NCBI GenBank assembly: GCA_900319625.1
Contig: ONPD01000002.1
Location: forward strand, 196,367 to 260,366
Direction: 5' to 3'
Source of the DNA: an uncultured Treponema sp.
GTDB taxonomy: Bacteria; Spirochaetota; Spirochaetia; Treponematales; Treponemataceae
Length of the DNA: 64,000 bases
The notes beneath the pieces are model-generated. The model was not told the DNA's origin and ran no database searches. It saw nothing but the letters and a program-made list of their open reading frames with translations. Within the stretch, counting starts at the first letter, position 1; each line of letters begins with the position of its first letter. Below, one piece after another: positions 19,005 to 28,314 of the stretch. Position numbers and translations under genes: made by a program.

Positions 19005-19059
19005 TTAGGTGATAGGTATTAGGTGACAGGTTTTAGGGGTTTTAGGGGAAGGTCTGCCG
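19005..19059 (+). repeat. Degenerate heptamer tandem repeat running into a truncated family-A palindromic element
   Basis: TTAGGTG ATAGGTA TTAGGTG ACAGGTT TTAGGGG; GGGGTTTTAGGGG is identical to 58921-58933. Confidence 0.6.
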
Positions 19060-20493
19060 CTAAGCCTTATTGGAAGTTACCGTAGATTTAAAGCTTTCAT
19101 TAACCTTTACTATTTTTTCCTTTATGTTCAAAAATTCCTGTGCAATAACAGGATCAAAGTGACTTCCTTTTCCATCTTCAATGATTTTAAAGGCTTCTTC
19201 ATAAGTCATAGGTTCTTTATAGATTCGTTCTGAAACAAGAGCGTCAAAAACATCTGCCAGAGCCATAATCCTTGCGCTGAGTGGAATTTCTTCACCGGAA
19301 AGCTTATCAGGGTAGCCGCTTCCATCCCATCTTTCGTGATGATGAGCGGCAATATCGGTTGTAATCTGAATATATTCCGGCTCTTCATAACCGTCAAGAA
19401 TTTCGTGAACTATTCTTCCGCCCTCTGTTGCGTGCCTTTTCATCTGATTGAATTCTTCTTCAGTAAAACGGGCAGGCTTTTTAAGGATTGCATCCGGAAC
19501 AACGATTTTTCCTATGTCATGCATAGGTGCGGCGCGTTTTAAATACCTTATATAGCGGGGTGTAATTGTTTCAGGAAAGAGATTTTTTTTCATCAGTTGA
19601 ATGGCAAGTAATTCTACATAAGTCATTGTGCGGATAACATGTTCACCTGTGTCTTCATCACGGTTTTCAACAAGGTTAGAAAGGCTTTCAATAGTGTGAT
19701 CCTGCATTTTGATAATAAGGGATTTGCTTTTTTCCAGTTGTGTTGTCTGATTGTATATTTCAGTTTCCTTTTCGGAAAGTTTCAGCTCTGTTGTTTTCAG
19801 TTCCTTATTTGAAAAACTGTTACTGAAAATAAACATAATAAGGAAAACAATTGAATAGCCTGTGTTAATGACAGATAAGCCCGGGATTAAAAACTGTATG
19901 ATTTCTGAAAGCTGAGGTATAAAAAGAAAGCTTATTGTAATGGAGACCTTTGTCTTTCCGATTGTTTTTCTATTTACAAGCATGTAAAAAATCAGATTTA
20001 AGTATAATACAAGCTGAACTATTACAATCAGGTAGAAATGATGGGATCGGGAATAAATGTTGTTTTCATCAATCTGATAAAGGACCTTTTTGAAAGGTGT
20101 TAGAATCAGCAGGATAAATAAAGTGACTATGGAAAGTATTATAATTCGGAAAAATAAATTTTTGCAGTATTTCAGTTTGTTGATTCTGTCCAGAAATATT
20201 TTCAGTTCTATGAACATAATTCCCAAAAGCATAAAGCCAAGAGCGTAATAAATAAAAAGAGCTGCCGGAAGAATTATGTGATTAATGGGGCGGGAATTGC
20301 CATTAAAAGCCATGACGAAAATGTCTGAAACAGACATAAGGATGTTTAGGAACATCATAAAATGAAACCATCTGTGAAGTTTGTTTAAGTCGTCATGATT
20401 AGTTTCATTCAGGTGACTTGCTAAAATGGAAAGAAAAACAATTACCCCTAAAACAATGTTGTAAATGTCCTGAGTAATATTTACTGCTAACAT
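19060..20493 (-). CDS. Membrane-bound HD-GYP cyclic-di-GMP phosphodiesterase
   Basis: About 7 TM N-terminus; TGEHV, MHDIGK, HHERWDGSGYP and ADVFDAL motifs. Confidence 0.9.
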   Translation of the reverse strand: MLAVNITQDIYNIVLGVIVFLSILASHLNETNHDDLNKLHRWFHFMMFLNILMSVSDIFVMAFNGNSRPINHIILPAALFIYYALGFMLLGIMFIELKIFLDRINKLKYCKNLFFRIIILSIVTLFILLILTPFKKVLYQIDENNIYSRSHHFYLIVIVQLVLYLNLIFYMLVNRKTIGKTKVSITISFLFIPQLSEIIQFLIPGLSVINTGYSIVFLIMFIFSNSFSNKELKTTELKLSEKETEIYNQTTQLEKSKSLIIKMQDHTIESLSNLVENRDEDTGEHVIRTMTYVELLAIQLMKKNLFPETITPRYIRYLKRAAPMHDIGKIVVPDAILKKPARFTEEEFNQMKRHATEGGRIVHEILDGYEEPEYIQITTDIAAHHHERWDGSGYPDKLSGEEIPLSARIMALADVFDALVSERIYKEPMTYEEAFKIIEDGKGSHFDPVIAQEFLNIKEKIVKVNESFKSTVTSNKA

Positions 20494-20543
20494 AATTTAA
20501 TTATAACATTATTTTGTAAAAAGGCAAAAAAAACAGAAGGAAA

Positions 20544-20627
20544 TAAGCGGGCGTTGCGGGCGGCGTTTGAGCCCGCAGAGAGGGTAGGCGGCAACGAAGT
20601 GCCGCCGTAGGGAGAGACTTCTCCCTC
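20544..20627 (+). repeat. GC-rich three-hairpin palindromic element (family A)
   Basis: TGCGGGC/GCCCGCA, GGCGGCA/TGCCGCC and AGGGAGA/TCTCCCT stems linked by AGGGTAG; just after livK stop. Confidence 0.75.
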
Positions 20628-20632
20628 TTAAT

Positions 20633-21805
20633 TTATTTAACCGACTGCTGAGCTACGAAGTCCCATTTGCCGCTTTCGTTGTTTACTTTCTTAACGTAAG
20701 CTACGTCGCGGACTGCGTCGCCGTTCTGGTCAAATGCGATTGAGCCTGAAACACCTTCGTATGTAACGCCAGGGAGAGCCTTGATTACGTCAGCGCCTTT
20801 TGTGCTGCCGGCAGCTTTAAGTGCTTCGAGGGCTGTGTAGTAAACGTCAAAGCCCATGGCAGAAACTGCTGCGATTTCGTCGTCGCCGCCGTTGTTTGTT
20901 TTAGCTGTTGCGTTTGAGTTCAGGTAGTTGCGGAAGCCGTCAACAAAGGCTGTAACTTTAGGATCTGTAGAACCTTCAACGAAGAATGTTGTTACGTAAA
21001 CCTGAACTTTTGTGCCCTTAGCCTGTGCAAGAACAACGTTGGAATCCCATGTATCGCCGGCCAGAATTGGAAGTGTAAGTCCCTGTGTGTTAGCCTGCTC
21101 GATGATGAGGGCAGCAGCTTCAATTGAAACAGGGCTGAAGAATACGTCTGCGCCAGTTTTTTTAGCGTTTGCAACGTATGCGGCAAAGTCAGAAGTTCCG
21201 TCCGGGAATGTTTCTTCTACAACTTCGCCGCCAAGCTTTTTGAAGGCTTCAACAAAGTATTTTACAAGACCGCCCGAGTAGTCATCACCGAGCTTAGAAA
21301 GACAATATGCTTTTTTTGCAGCGAATTTGTCTGCTGCGAGGTTTGCAAGAACTGTTCCCTGGAATGGATCGAGGAAGCAGATGCGGAAGTAGTGTTCGTT
21401 TCCAAGTGTAACCTGAGGGTTTGTACATGTAACGCCGATTGCAGGAACGTTAGCGGATGCAAAAGTATCGCTGGCAGCGATTGAAACGCCTGAACCGTAA
21501 GAACCAAGAACTACAGAAACGCCTTTTGAAATGAGTTCTGAAGCTGCAGTTACGGCTTTATCGTTTGAAGATTCGTTGTCTACGATTTCAAGCTGAACCT
21601 TGTATTCTTTTCCGCCGATTGTAACGGTTGGAGTAACGCTGTTTGCGTACTGAATACCCAGAGTTTCCTGTTTTCCGCCGGCTCCGTTATCACCAGAAGC
21701 AGGTTCAAAAACACCGATTTTTACTACGGCAGCCTTTTCTCCGCCGCAAGACACGAATGCCGCAGCCATCAAAGCGGCACACACACCAAGCAATACTTTT
21801 TTCAT
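20633..21805 (-). CDS. livK: Branched-chain amino acid ABC transporter substrate-binding lipoprotein
   Basis: Lipobox FVSC; KIGVFEP, GSYGSG and YFRICFLDPFQG; GGAGG SD. Confidence 0.9.
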   Translation of the reverse strand: MKKVLLGVCAALMAAAFVSCGGEKAAVVKIGVFEPASGDNGAGGKQETLGIQYANSVTPTVTIGGKEYKVQLEIVDNESSNDKAVTAASELISKGVSVVLGSYGSGVSIAASDTFASANVPAIGVTCTNPQVTLGNEHYFRICFLDPFQGTVLANLAADKFAAKKAYCLSKLGDDYSGGLVKYFVEAFKKLGGEVVEETFPDGTSDFAAYVANAKKTGADVFFSPVSIEAAALIIEQANTQGLTLPILAGDTWDSNVVLAQAKGTKVQVYVTTFFVEGSTDPKVTAFVDGFRNYLNSNATAKTNNGGDDEIAAVSAMGFDVYYTALEALKAAGSTKGADVIKALPGVTYEGVSGSIAFDQNGDAVRDVAYVKKVNNESGKWDFVAQQSVK

Positions 21806-21900
21806 AATCTCCTCCAAGTAAAATGAAAATGTTGCTTGTATGATAACAAAAAGTAATGAGAGTTTCTATATAGAAGAACGTGCCGGCTTCCGCTAATTCC

Positions 21901-21986
21901 TGCTGCGGTTACAAAATCACTTTATATGAAAGTTCTCCTAACCGCAGCATCAGCTTTTGCTCTGCAAAAGCTGACATTTTATGCAA
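21901..21986 (+). repeat. Two-stem palindromic element (family C); may also terminate ilvB transcription
   Basis: TGCTGCGGTTA-27 nt-TAACCGCAGCA, then TCAGCTTTTGC-TCT-GCAAAAGCTGA-CATTT; paralogue at 62424-62505. Confidence 0.75.
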
Positions 21987-21987
21987 C

Positions 21988-23733
21988 TTAATCCCTGATA
22001 CTATCAATATTCGCCTTGCCGCCCGGAACGAATGGCAGAACGTCTTCTTCGTTGCCTACGCTTACGCGAACGAAGCATGGCTTGTTGGCGCGGTTGGCGT
22101 CGAAGGCTTTTTTGTACCAGTCAGGGTCAGAGTCGGCGTCGGCGGTTTCAATTCCAAAGCCTTTTGCGATGGCAAGAAGATCCGGCTGGTGACCGAAGAT
22201 TGATGCGCTGTAGTTTTTGTCAAAAAGATATTTCTGCTGCTGGTAAACCATGCCCAAAGTTCCGTTCTGGAAAACGATAACAGTTACCGGAAGATTCTGC
22301 TCGGCAAGGGTAGCCAGCTCCTGAATGTTCATCATGATTGAACCGTCGCCGGAAAAGCAGACTGTGCGCTTGTCAGGATTTGCGATTGCAGAACCAATTG
22401 CGGCCGGTAAACCAAAGCCCATTGTTCCAAGGCTTCCCGAAGTAAGGAAGGTGCGGGGCTTTTCAACCGGGTAATACTGAGCCGCCCACATCTGGTGCTG
22501 TCCGACGTCGGTTGTAACGATGATGTCCTTTGCAGGAATTCCAGCCTTTTCTGCAAGCCCCGGAACCGAGCGGATAAACTCGCGCGGATTTGTAAGCTTT
22601 GCGTCTTTAGGGCGGCCGCAGGTCATAGAATCATTTTCCTTCTTTGTATTCCGGATTTTTTCAAGCCATACTGCGCGGGCTTCGGCTTCCTGCCATGCAG
22701 CCCCGTATTTTTCCTGCTTTTCAGAGCTCAGCTGAACCAGAACCGGGAAAACCGACTCAACATCAGCAACAACGGCAATATTTGCTTCTATAATTTTATT
22801 CACTTCTGCCGCATCAACATCAATATGAACGATTTTCGCATCCGGGCAGAACTTCTTTACTACGCCGGTCGCGCGGTCATCAAAACGAACGCCGGCCGCA
22901 ATAACAAGGTCAGAATCGTGCATGGCAAGGTTAGCCGCATAACTTCCGTGCATACCAACCATACCAATCCAGAGCTCGCTTGATTCTGGCACGCAGCCGA
23001 TTCCCATAAGGCTTGAAACAACCGGCAGCCGGTAACTCTTCAAAAATGCAGAAAGTCCCTCTGCCGCAGCAGGACTGTTACAGCCGCCTCCGCAGTAGAG
23101 AACCGGGCGTCGTGCAGAAACAAGCGCGTCAGTAATCAAATCCATTTTTGCGGCATATTCATTTGCCGGAGTATGGAAGCGGATATCGTGCAGTTTGATG
23201 CTCTGAATATCAGGCCATGAATCAAATTCAATTTCCTGCAGCTGAATGTCGCGCGGAACGTCAATCAAAACAGGTCCCGGGCGGCCGTTTACCGCAATTT
23301 CAAAAGCCTGAGGAATTACGGTCAAAAGCTCAGCCGCAGACTTTACCATAACCGAATGCTTTGTGATTGGAAGGGAAAGTCCAAAAGTGTCTGCCTCCTG
23401 GAAAGCGTCAGTTCCCAGAAGATAGGTGTTTACCTGGCCGGTAATTGCAATAATAGGAATGGAGTCACAGCGGGCATCCGCAATTGCGGTCAAAAGGTTC
23501 ATTGCTCCGGGACCTGAAGTTGCCATACAAACAGCCGGTTTTCCTGTTGTTCGGGCAATTCCCTGGGCAATAAAGCCGGCAGCCTGCTCCTGGCGCACAA
23601 GGACGTGACGGATAGAGCTTCTGTTAAGCTCGTCATAAAGCGGAAGAATAGAACCTCCCGGAATACCTGCCACCGTGTCGATTCCGTACATTTCCAAAAG
23701 TTTTACGATAATCTGTGCGCCTGTCTGTTTCAT
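21988..23733 (-). CDS. ilvB: Acetolactate synthase large subunit
   Basis: GIPGG, TSGPGA, DVGQHQMW and GDGS TPP motif; AGGAG SD before ATG 23733 (MKQTGAQ). Confidence 0.95.
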   Translation of the reverse strand: MKQTGAQIIVKLLEMYGIDTVAGIPGGSILPLYDELNRSSIRHVLVRQEQAAGFIAQGIARTTGKPAVCMATSGPGAMNLLTAIADARCDSIPIIAITGQVNTYLLGTDAFQEADTFGLSLPITKHSVMVKSAAELLTVIPQAFEIAVNGRPGPVLIDVPRDIQLQEIEFDSWPDIQSIKLHDIRFHTPANEYAAKMDLITDALVSARRPVLYCGGGCNSPAAAEGLSAFLKSYRLPVVSSLMGIGCVPESSELWIGMVGMHGSYAANLAMHDSDLVIAAGVRFDDRATGVVKKFCPDAKIVHIDVDAAEVNKIIEANIAVVADVESVFPVLVQLSSEKQEKYGAAWQEAEARAVWLEKIRNTKKENDSMTCGRPKDAKLTNPREFIRSVPGLAEKAGIPAKDIIVTTDVGQHQMWAAQYYPVEKPRTFLTSGSLGTMGFGLPAAIGSAIANPDKRTVCFSGDGSIMMNIQELATLAEQNLPVTVIVFQNGTLGMVYQQQKYLFDKNYSASIFGHQPDLLAIAKGFGIETADADSDPDWYKKAFDANRANKPCFVRVSVGNEEDVLPFVPGGKANIDSIRD

Positions 23734-23749
23734 ACTTTTCGCTCCTAAC

Positions 23750-23782
23750 AAAAAAGGCTTTCCTTTTACCGGAAAGCCTTTT
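23750..23782 (-). terminator. Attenuator terminator upstream of ilvB
   Basis: Minus strand AAAAGGCTTTCC-GGTAAAA-GGAAAGCCTTTTTT. Confidence 0.85.
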
Positions 23783-23831
23783 CTTATATCAGTGTATATT
23801 TTTCTAATCACTATATAACAAATCTTCCGGT

Positions 23832-23891
23832 TTATCTGAAAACCTTAAGGACGAGGACTGTTACGACTGTGACTAGAAGTTTTGCGTTCAT
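23832..23891 (-). CDS. ilv leader peptide MNAKLLVTVVTVLVLKVFR
   Basis: 19 aa, 12 of them Leu/Val/Thr; followed by ACCGGAA able to pair with terminator TTCCGGT; TTGACT-17-TAAAAA promoter upstream. Confidence 0.85.
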   Translation of the reverse strand: MNAKLLVTVVTVLVLKVFR

Positions 23892-23933
23892 AATTAAGCG
23901 TATTTTTACATAAAATTCAAAAATAAGTCAATA

Positions 23934-24053
23934 GGGGCGCAGAATGCGTCTACCCAGTCGCGTTCCGCCATTCCCTTACGGTCAGCCGCTTCACTCGGTC
24001 GCAGGCTCCCTCGCTCCAGTGGCCGCCTTCGGCGTGGCTCCATGCTCGGCGCA
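23934..24053. repeat. GC-rich palindromic element (family A related)
   Basis: CCCTCGCTCCAG is the reverse complement of CTGGAGCGAGGG in polA; CGCTTCACTCGGTCGC resembles the coaE copy. Confidence 0.65.
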
Positions 24054-24100
24054 GTTGTTTTGAAATTGAATACTTTATATTCCTAAGTTACAATAAACTT

Positions 24101-25003
24101 ATGACAAACTTAATCCACAAATATTTCATCAATAAAATACGGCGTGAATGGGCTTCTAATGATGCAAAACGCGATGCCGGTCTTACAATTTCAGACAAAG
24201 TAAATATCTGCGATAATATTTCTTACGGACATCACGGACGCGATAACCTTCTCTGCGTTTATACTCCAAAAAATGCGGCCGGCAAGCTTCCTGTAATCAT
24301 AAATATTCACGGCGGCGGCTTTTTTTACGGTGATAAGGAACTTTACGGGCTTTATTCGGCTGATATGGCGGAACGGGGCTTTGCAGTAGTAGTTTTTAAT
24401 TACCGACTCTGCCCGGAAAATTTATATCCGGCTCCGCTTGAAGACATCAATAACGTTACAAAATGGGTTCTGGCAAACTGCGGTGAGTTTAATTTTGACC
24501 GGGACCGTATTTTTATCGTTGGAGACAGTGCGGGCGGTCAGCTCGCCCTGAATTACACGACAATCCTTACAAATCCTGATTATTCAAAGCTTTTTGCTTC
24601 AGATTTTGAAGTGCCCCCTTTTATTCCCCGTGCTGTCTGCCTGAACAGTGCCCTTACAAATCTTGTAAAAGATGGAAAGATAAGCGAAGGGGCAAAAGAG
24701 ATTCTGACAGTTTATCTTGGTTCTGCAAAAAAAATCAAAAAAAATGCGGAACGCCTTGATGTTCAGAAATACATTACTTCAAAATTCCCGCCGGTTTTCG
24801 TGATGACCGCCCCTAATGATTTTCTCTTTAATGAAGCAAAGCCTCTTCACGAGCTTTTTCTTTCTCTTGGAATAAAATCAGAATATCACGTTTACGGTCA
24901 GCCTTCAGACGACTGGGCAAATCACGTTTTTCATCTGAACCTCCGCCTGCCAGTCGGCCGCCAGTGCAATGATGATGAAGCAGAATTTTTGAAGAAAAAT
25001 TAG
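24101..25003 (+). CDS. Alpha/beta hydrolase (HSL-like esterase)
   Basis: HGGGF, GDSAGG and HVF motifs; TTGAAT-17-TACAAT 6 nt upstream. Confidence 0.9.
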   Translation: MTNLIHKYFINKIRREWASNDAKRDAGLTISDKVNICDNISYGHHGRDNLLCVYTPKNAAGKLPVIINIHGGGFFYGDKELYGLYSADMAERGFAVVVFNYRLCPENLYPAPLEDINNVTKWVLANCGEFNFDRDRIFIVGDSAGGQLALNYTTILTNPDYSKLFASDFEVPPFIPRAVCLNSALTNLVKDGKISEGAKEILTVYLGSAKKIKKNAERLDVQKYITSKFPPVFVMTAPNDFLFNEAKPLHELFLSLGIKSEYHVYGQPSDDWANHVFHLNLRLPVGRQCNDDEAEFLKKN

Positions 25004-25005
25004 TT

Positions 25006-25662
25006 TTAATCCAGCAGCTTTATGCTTGCTCCAATAAATACCCGGTGTGCCTGTGCAATATCGTATATGATTTTATCCCCGGATTTGAATAATCCCATAG
25101 GAATTTCATAGCGATAGCCCGCGAGTAAAGAAAAATGATTAAGCAGCCAGAATTTATATCCGGCTTCAATTAAGAATTCGGGAATAAAGTAGGCAACTGC
25201 TGATGTTGTTTTTCCGTCTGAAAGGTTTACTCTTGTAAGTGATGCACGGACTCCGGGTTTTGCAAAAATAGAGTGGCGGCTTCCTATATTCAGCTGAACT
25301 GAAGGGGCGAACATAAATCCGATTGTAAAATGATTGTTTGACATTGAAGATGAAGTGCTTGAAACGCTTAAATTATCAAATGCAAAAGAAAGATTTTTCG
25401 TTTCTGATTCAAATTTGAAGTTTCCGAATCCAAGATCAATTCCAGCGCAAAGACCGGCATTTAAAAATAGAAGATTGATAAAAAATAAATCACACTGAAG
25501 CTCTGCTCCGAAAGTGTTGATATTAAAATCCTCTTTATAGCCGCTGTTTTTGTAATTTGAAAACATAAAATCTCCGAATAGTCTTGGAGAAAGCTCTACG
25601 CGGGCAAATGCTGAATTTATAGAAAATAAAAATGCAAATGTAATAATCAATAATTTTTTCAT
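25006..25662 (-). CDS. Hypothetical exported protein, probable outer-membrane beta-barrel
   Basis: Signal peptide; alternating aromatic/Gly strands (EAGYKF, LAGYRY); overlaps rarA stop. Confidence 0.6.
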   Translation of the reverse strand: MKKLLIITFAFLFSINSAFARVELSPRLFGDFMFSNYKNSGYKEDFNINTFGAELQCDLFFINLLFLNAGLCAGIDLGFGNFKFESETKNLSFAFDNLSVSSTSSSMSNNHFTIGFMFAPSVQLNIGSRHSIFAKPGVRASLTRVNLSDGKTTSAVAYFIPEFLIEAGYKFWLLNHFSLLAGYRYEIPMGLFKSGDKIIYDIAQAHRVFIGASIKLLD

Positions 25663-28265
25663 AACTTATTCTGTTCTCCTGCTGCAATTTTAAGGAATGT
25701 AATTTCACTTGTCCAGTTGAAAATGGTTTTATTACATGCGGCAAGCAGAAGATTTACGATTTTCTGTATGTCGCTGGTGCCTACAGCCTCGCACATTTTT
25801 GCTCCGTAAGCGGATTCAGAATTAAACCATTTTTCTATATCGTCCGGGGTGATTCTGCGTTTTTCGGTTACCTGCTGGGTGGCTGCCTTTACGGTAAGGC
25901 CGTGTTTTCTGAAGGTATTTGCGATAAAAATTCCGTCCCAGCTGAAAAGCGGATTTTCCTGATTTCCAAAGAATTCCTCTTCAGCGGCTTCCATCTTATC
26001 AAGAATAGGGGCAAAAGAGCCTAAGGTTTCTGGCGTTAAAATCTGGCTGGAAACAAGCCGGCCGATATGCTGGCCTTTACATGGAATTTTCTGGGAAATG
26101 ATTGCGGTCCAGCCCTTGGCAAGAGGACTTTCCCAGGCAAAAACTTCGTCATCAGAAGTGACCATAGGGGTTTCGCTTTCGGAAAGGACATTCTGAAGAA
26201 TATCAGCTTCGGCTTTCTGCGGTGTCAGAACTCCCTTAATTCCGTCAGCCAGGGCAATAATCGAAGCTTCTGAGGCAAATGGGTCAACGAAGAAAAGCCT
26301 GTCAAAAAGGGCTCCTTTATACTGGAACTGAACCAGAACATCGTAAAAATCTTTTTCGGTCATAAAGTCCTGGGACATAGTTTTTCCGCGGACTTTTAAG
26401 ATTGGGCGGTCGAGGGTGCCCAGAGTTCTTCCGTACTGTTCAAGAATCTGCTTTCCCTGTTCTGTGCGGCATACACCGCAGGTTACCCCTTCCGGAGTTT
26501 TTCTGGCAACTTCCCACAAAAGAAGACCGTTATCCGCATTCCAGACAAGAGAGCGGTGGTGACGGGCAAGCTCCGCCATGGAAATCATAGAGTCTCGGAT
26601 TCCAAGAAGTACTTCTGCGCGGTTTGAATCAAGGCGCTGCTGCCAGAAGCGGTCAGCACGGTTTAAGATAACATCTTTTGAAGCATCTTTTGGACTGAAG
26701 GTAAGGTTTTCTGCCTTCTTGCTGTCTCCGCTTTTTAAATGCTCGTTAATCCACCACTGGCTGATTGGATTTTCCCCGAATTCTGATTTTGCGCAGGATT
26801 TTGCGGTAGGAGAACGGGTTCCCTGTTCCGGCATAAGATTTATAGAACCTGTTTCTTCCGGGGCGGTTGCAAGTTCGTCTACGTTTATATCATCCGGCGA
26901 GTTTGTCTTTTCAAGAATAGATGCAATCTGAAGCTCACGCAGGGAAAGTACATCGTCGCGAATCTGGCCTTCGTAGCCCTGTGTGCTTGGTGTGTAAAAA
27001 ACTCTTCCAACAAGGCTGTCCGGCAAATACTGCTGGGCAACCCAGTGGTCGCGGTAGGCGTGAGGGTAGAGGTAGCCGGAGCCATGGCCAAAGCCTTCTG
27101 CATCCCGGCTGGAATCTTTAAGGTGATTTGGAACTTCAATATCTTCTTTTTCAACGGCGGCCAGAGCGTCAAAAAAGGCCATGCTGGAGTTTGATTTTTT
27201 CGCCGTGGCAAGGTAAAGGGCTGCGTGTGCCAAAAAATATCGGCCTTCAGGCATTCCAACCCGGTCAAAAGCCTGGGCACAGGATTCAACTACGGAAATT
27301 GCCATAGGATCTGCAAGGCCTGTATCTTCGCAGGCAGAAATCAGCATGCGGCGGAAGATAAAATGAGGATCTTCTCCGGCGCGAACCATGCGGGCCAGCC
27401 AGTAAACGGCGGCATCCGGGTCGCGGCCCCGTAGTGATTTTATAAAAGCCGAAATAATATCGTAGTGGTAGTCGCCGTCGCGGTCGTAAAGTACAACCTT
27501 TTTCTGAATGGATTCTTCGGCGGCTTCTTTGGAAACGTAAATCTGGCTTCCCCAGGCTGGAACCGGTGGATCATCGTATGGCCGCCAGATTTCCGGCGTT
27601 GTTTCTACGGCAAGCTCCAGGGCGTTCAAAAGGGAACGGGCATCACCGTTTGCAGTTTCAATCAGATGCTCAAGAGCGCCCTCTTCAAACTCCACCTTCC
27701 AGTGGCCGTAGCCGCGTTCTGTGTCATTCAGGGCCTGATTTGCGGCCTTCCTTAAATCATCTTTTGTAAGTGCCTTAAGCTGGAAGACGCGGGAACGGCT
27801 TACCAGAGCCTTATTTACTTCAAAAAAAGGATTTTCGGTAGTTGCGCCAATCAAAATTATTGTTCCGTTTTCTACCCATGGCAAAAGGGCGTCCTGCTGG
27901 CTTTTATTCCAGCGGTGAACTTCGTCAACAAAAAGGATTGTGCGGCGGCTGTAAAGATTGTAAAAATCCTCCGCCTTTTTGATTGAATCGCGGATATCTG
28001 CAACGCCAGTAAGAACGGCATTCAGCGTAATAAAGTTAGATTTTGTGTGATTTGCAATTACCCGGGCAAGGGTTGTTTTTCCGCTGCCCGGCGGTCCGTA
28101 AAAGATGACAGATGTAAGCTGGTCTGCGGCAATGGCGCGGCGCAGCAGGCGTCCCTTTCCAACTATGTGGTCCTGCCCGATGTACTCGTCAAGGTTACGG
28201 GGCCGCATTCGGGCCGCTAAAGGTTCTGTGCTTCGTTTTGCCTGTGTAAATAAATCATCTGCCAT
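25659..28265 (-). CDS. rarA: Replication-associated recombination protein A (MgsA) with long C-terminal extension
   Basis: PLAARMRP, GPPGSGKTT, FVDEVHR, GATTENP, ISAFIKS and YLYPH motifs. Confidence 0.9.
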   Translation of the reverse strand: MADDLFTQAKRSTEPLAARMRPRNLDEYIGQDHIVGKGRLLRRAIAADQLTSVIFYGPPGSGKTTLARVIANHTKSNFITLNAVLTGVADIRDSIKKAEDFYNLYSRRTILFVDEVHRWNKSQQDALLPWVENGTIILIGATTENPFFEVNKALVSRSRVFQLKALTKDDLRKAANQALNDTERGYGHWKVEFEEGALEHLIETANGDARSLLNALELAVETTPEIWRPYDDPPVPAWGSQIYVSKEAAEESIQKKVVLYDRDGDYHYDIISAFIKSLRGRDPDAAVYWLARMVRAGEDPHFIFRRMLISACEDTGLADPMAISVVESCAQAFDRVGMPEGRYFLAHAALYLATAKKSNSSMAFFDALAAVEKEDIEVPNHLKDSSRDAEGFGHGSGYLYPHAYRDHWVAQQYLPDSLVGRVFYTPSTQGYEGQIRDDVLSLRELQIASILEKTNSPDDINVDELATAPEETGSINLMPEQGTRSPTAKSCAKSEFGENPISQWWINEHLKSGDSKKAENLTFSPKDASKDVILNRADRFWQQRLDSNRAEVLLGIRDSMISMAELARHHRSLVWNADNGLLLWEVARKTPEGVTCGVCRTEQGKQILEQYGRTLGTLDRPILKVRGKTMSQDFMTEKDFYDVLVQFQYKGALFDRLFFVDPFASEASIIALADGIKGVLTPQKAEADILQNVLSESETPMVTSDDEVFAWESPLAKGWTAIISQKIPCKGQHIGRLVSSQILTPETLGSFAPILDKMEAAEEEFFGNQENPLFSWDGIFIANTFRKHGLTVKAATQQVTEKRRITPDDIEKWFNSESAYGAKMCEAVGTSDIQKIVNLLLAACNKTIFNWTSEITFLKIAAGEQNKL

Positions 28266-28314
28266 AGAAGGATATTATATCCTAGATTTGCAGAAAAAAC
28301 ACCTGCTTTTCAGC

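Noticed and set aside
21880-22203. 107-aa plus-strand ORF
   Set aside because: Spans the family-C palindrome and antisense ilvB; no coding features
23734-23811. N-terminal extension of IlvB
   Set aside because: Runs through the attenuator hairpin; SD supports ATG 23733
23934-24053. Possible tRNA or riboswitch
   Set aside because: No cloverleaf, T-loop or recognisable aptamer; shares motifs with dispersed repeats
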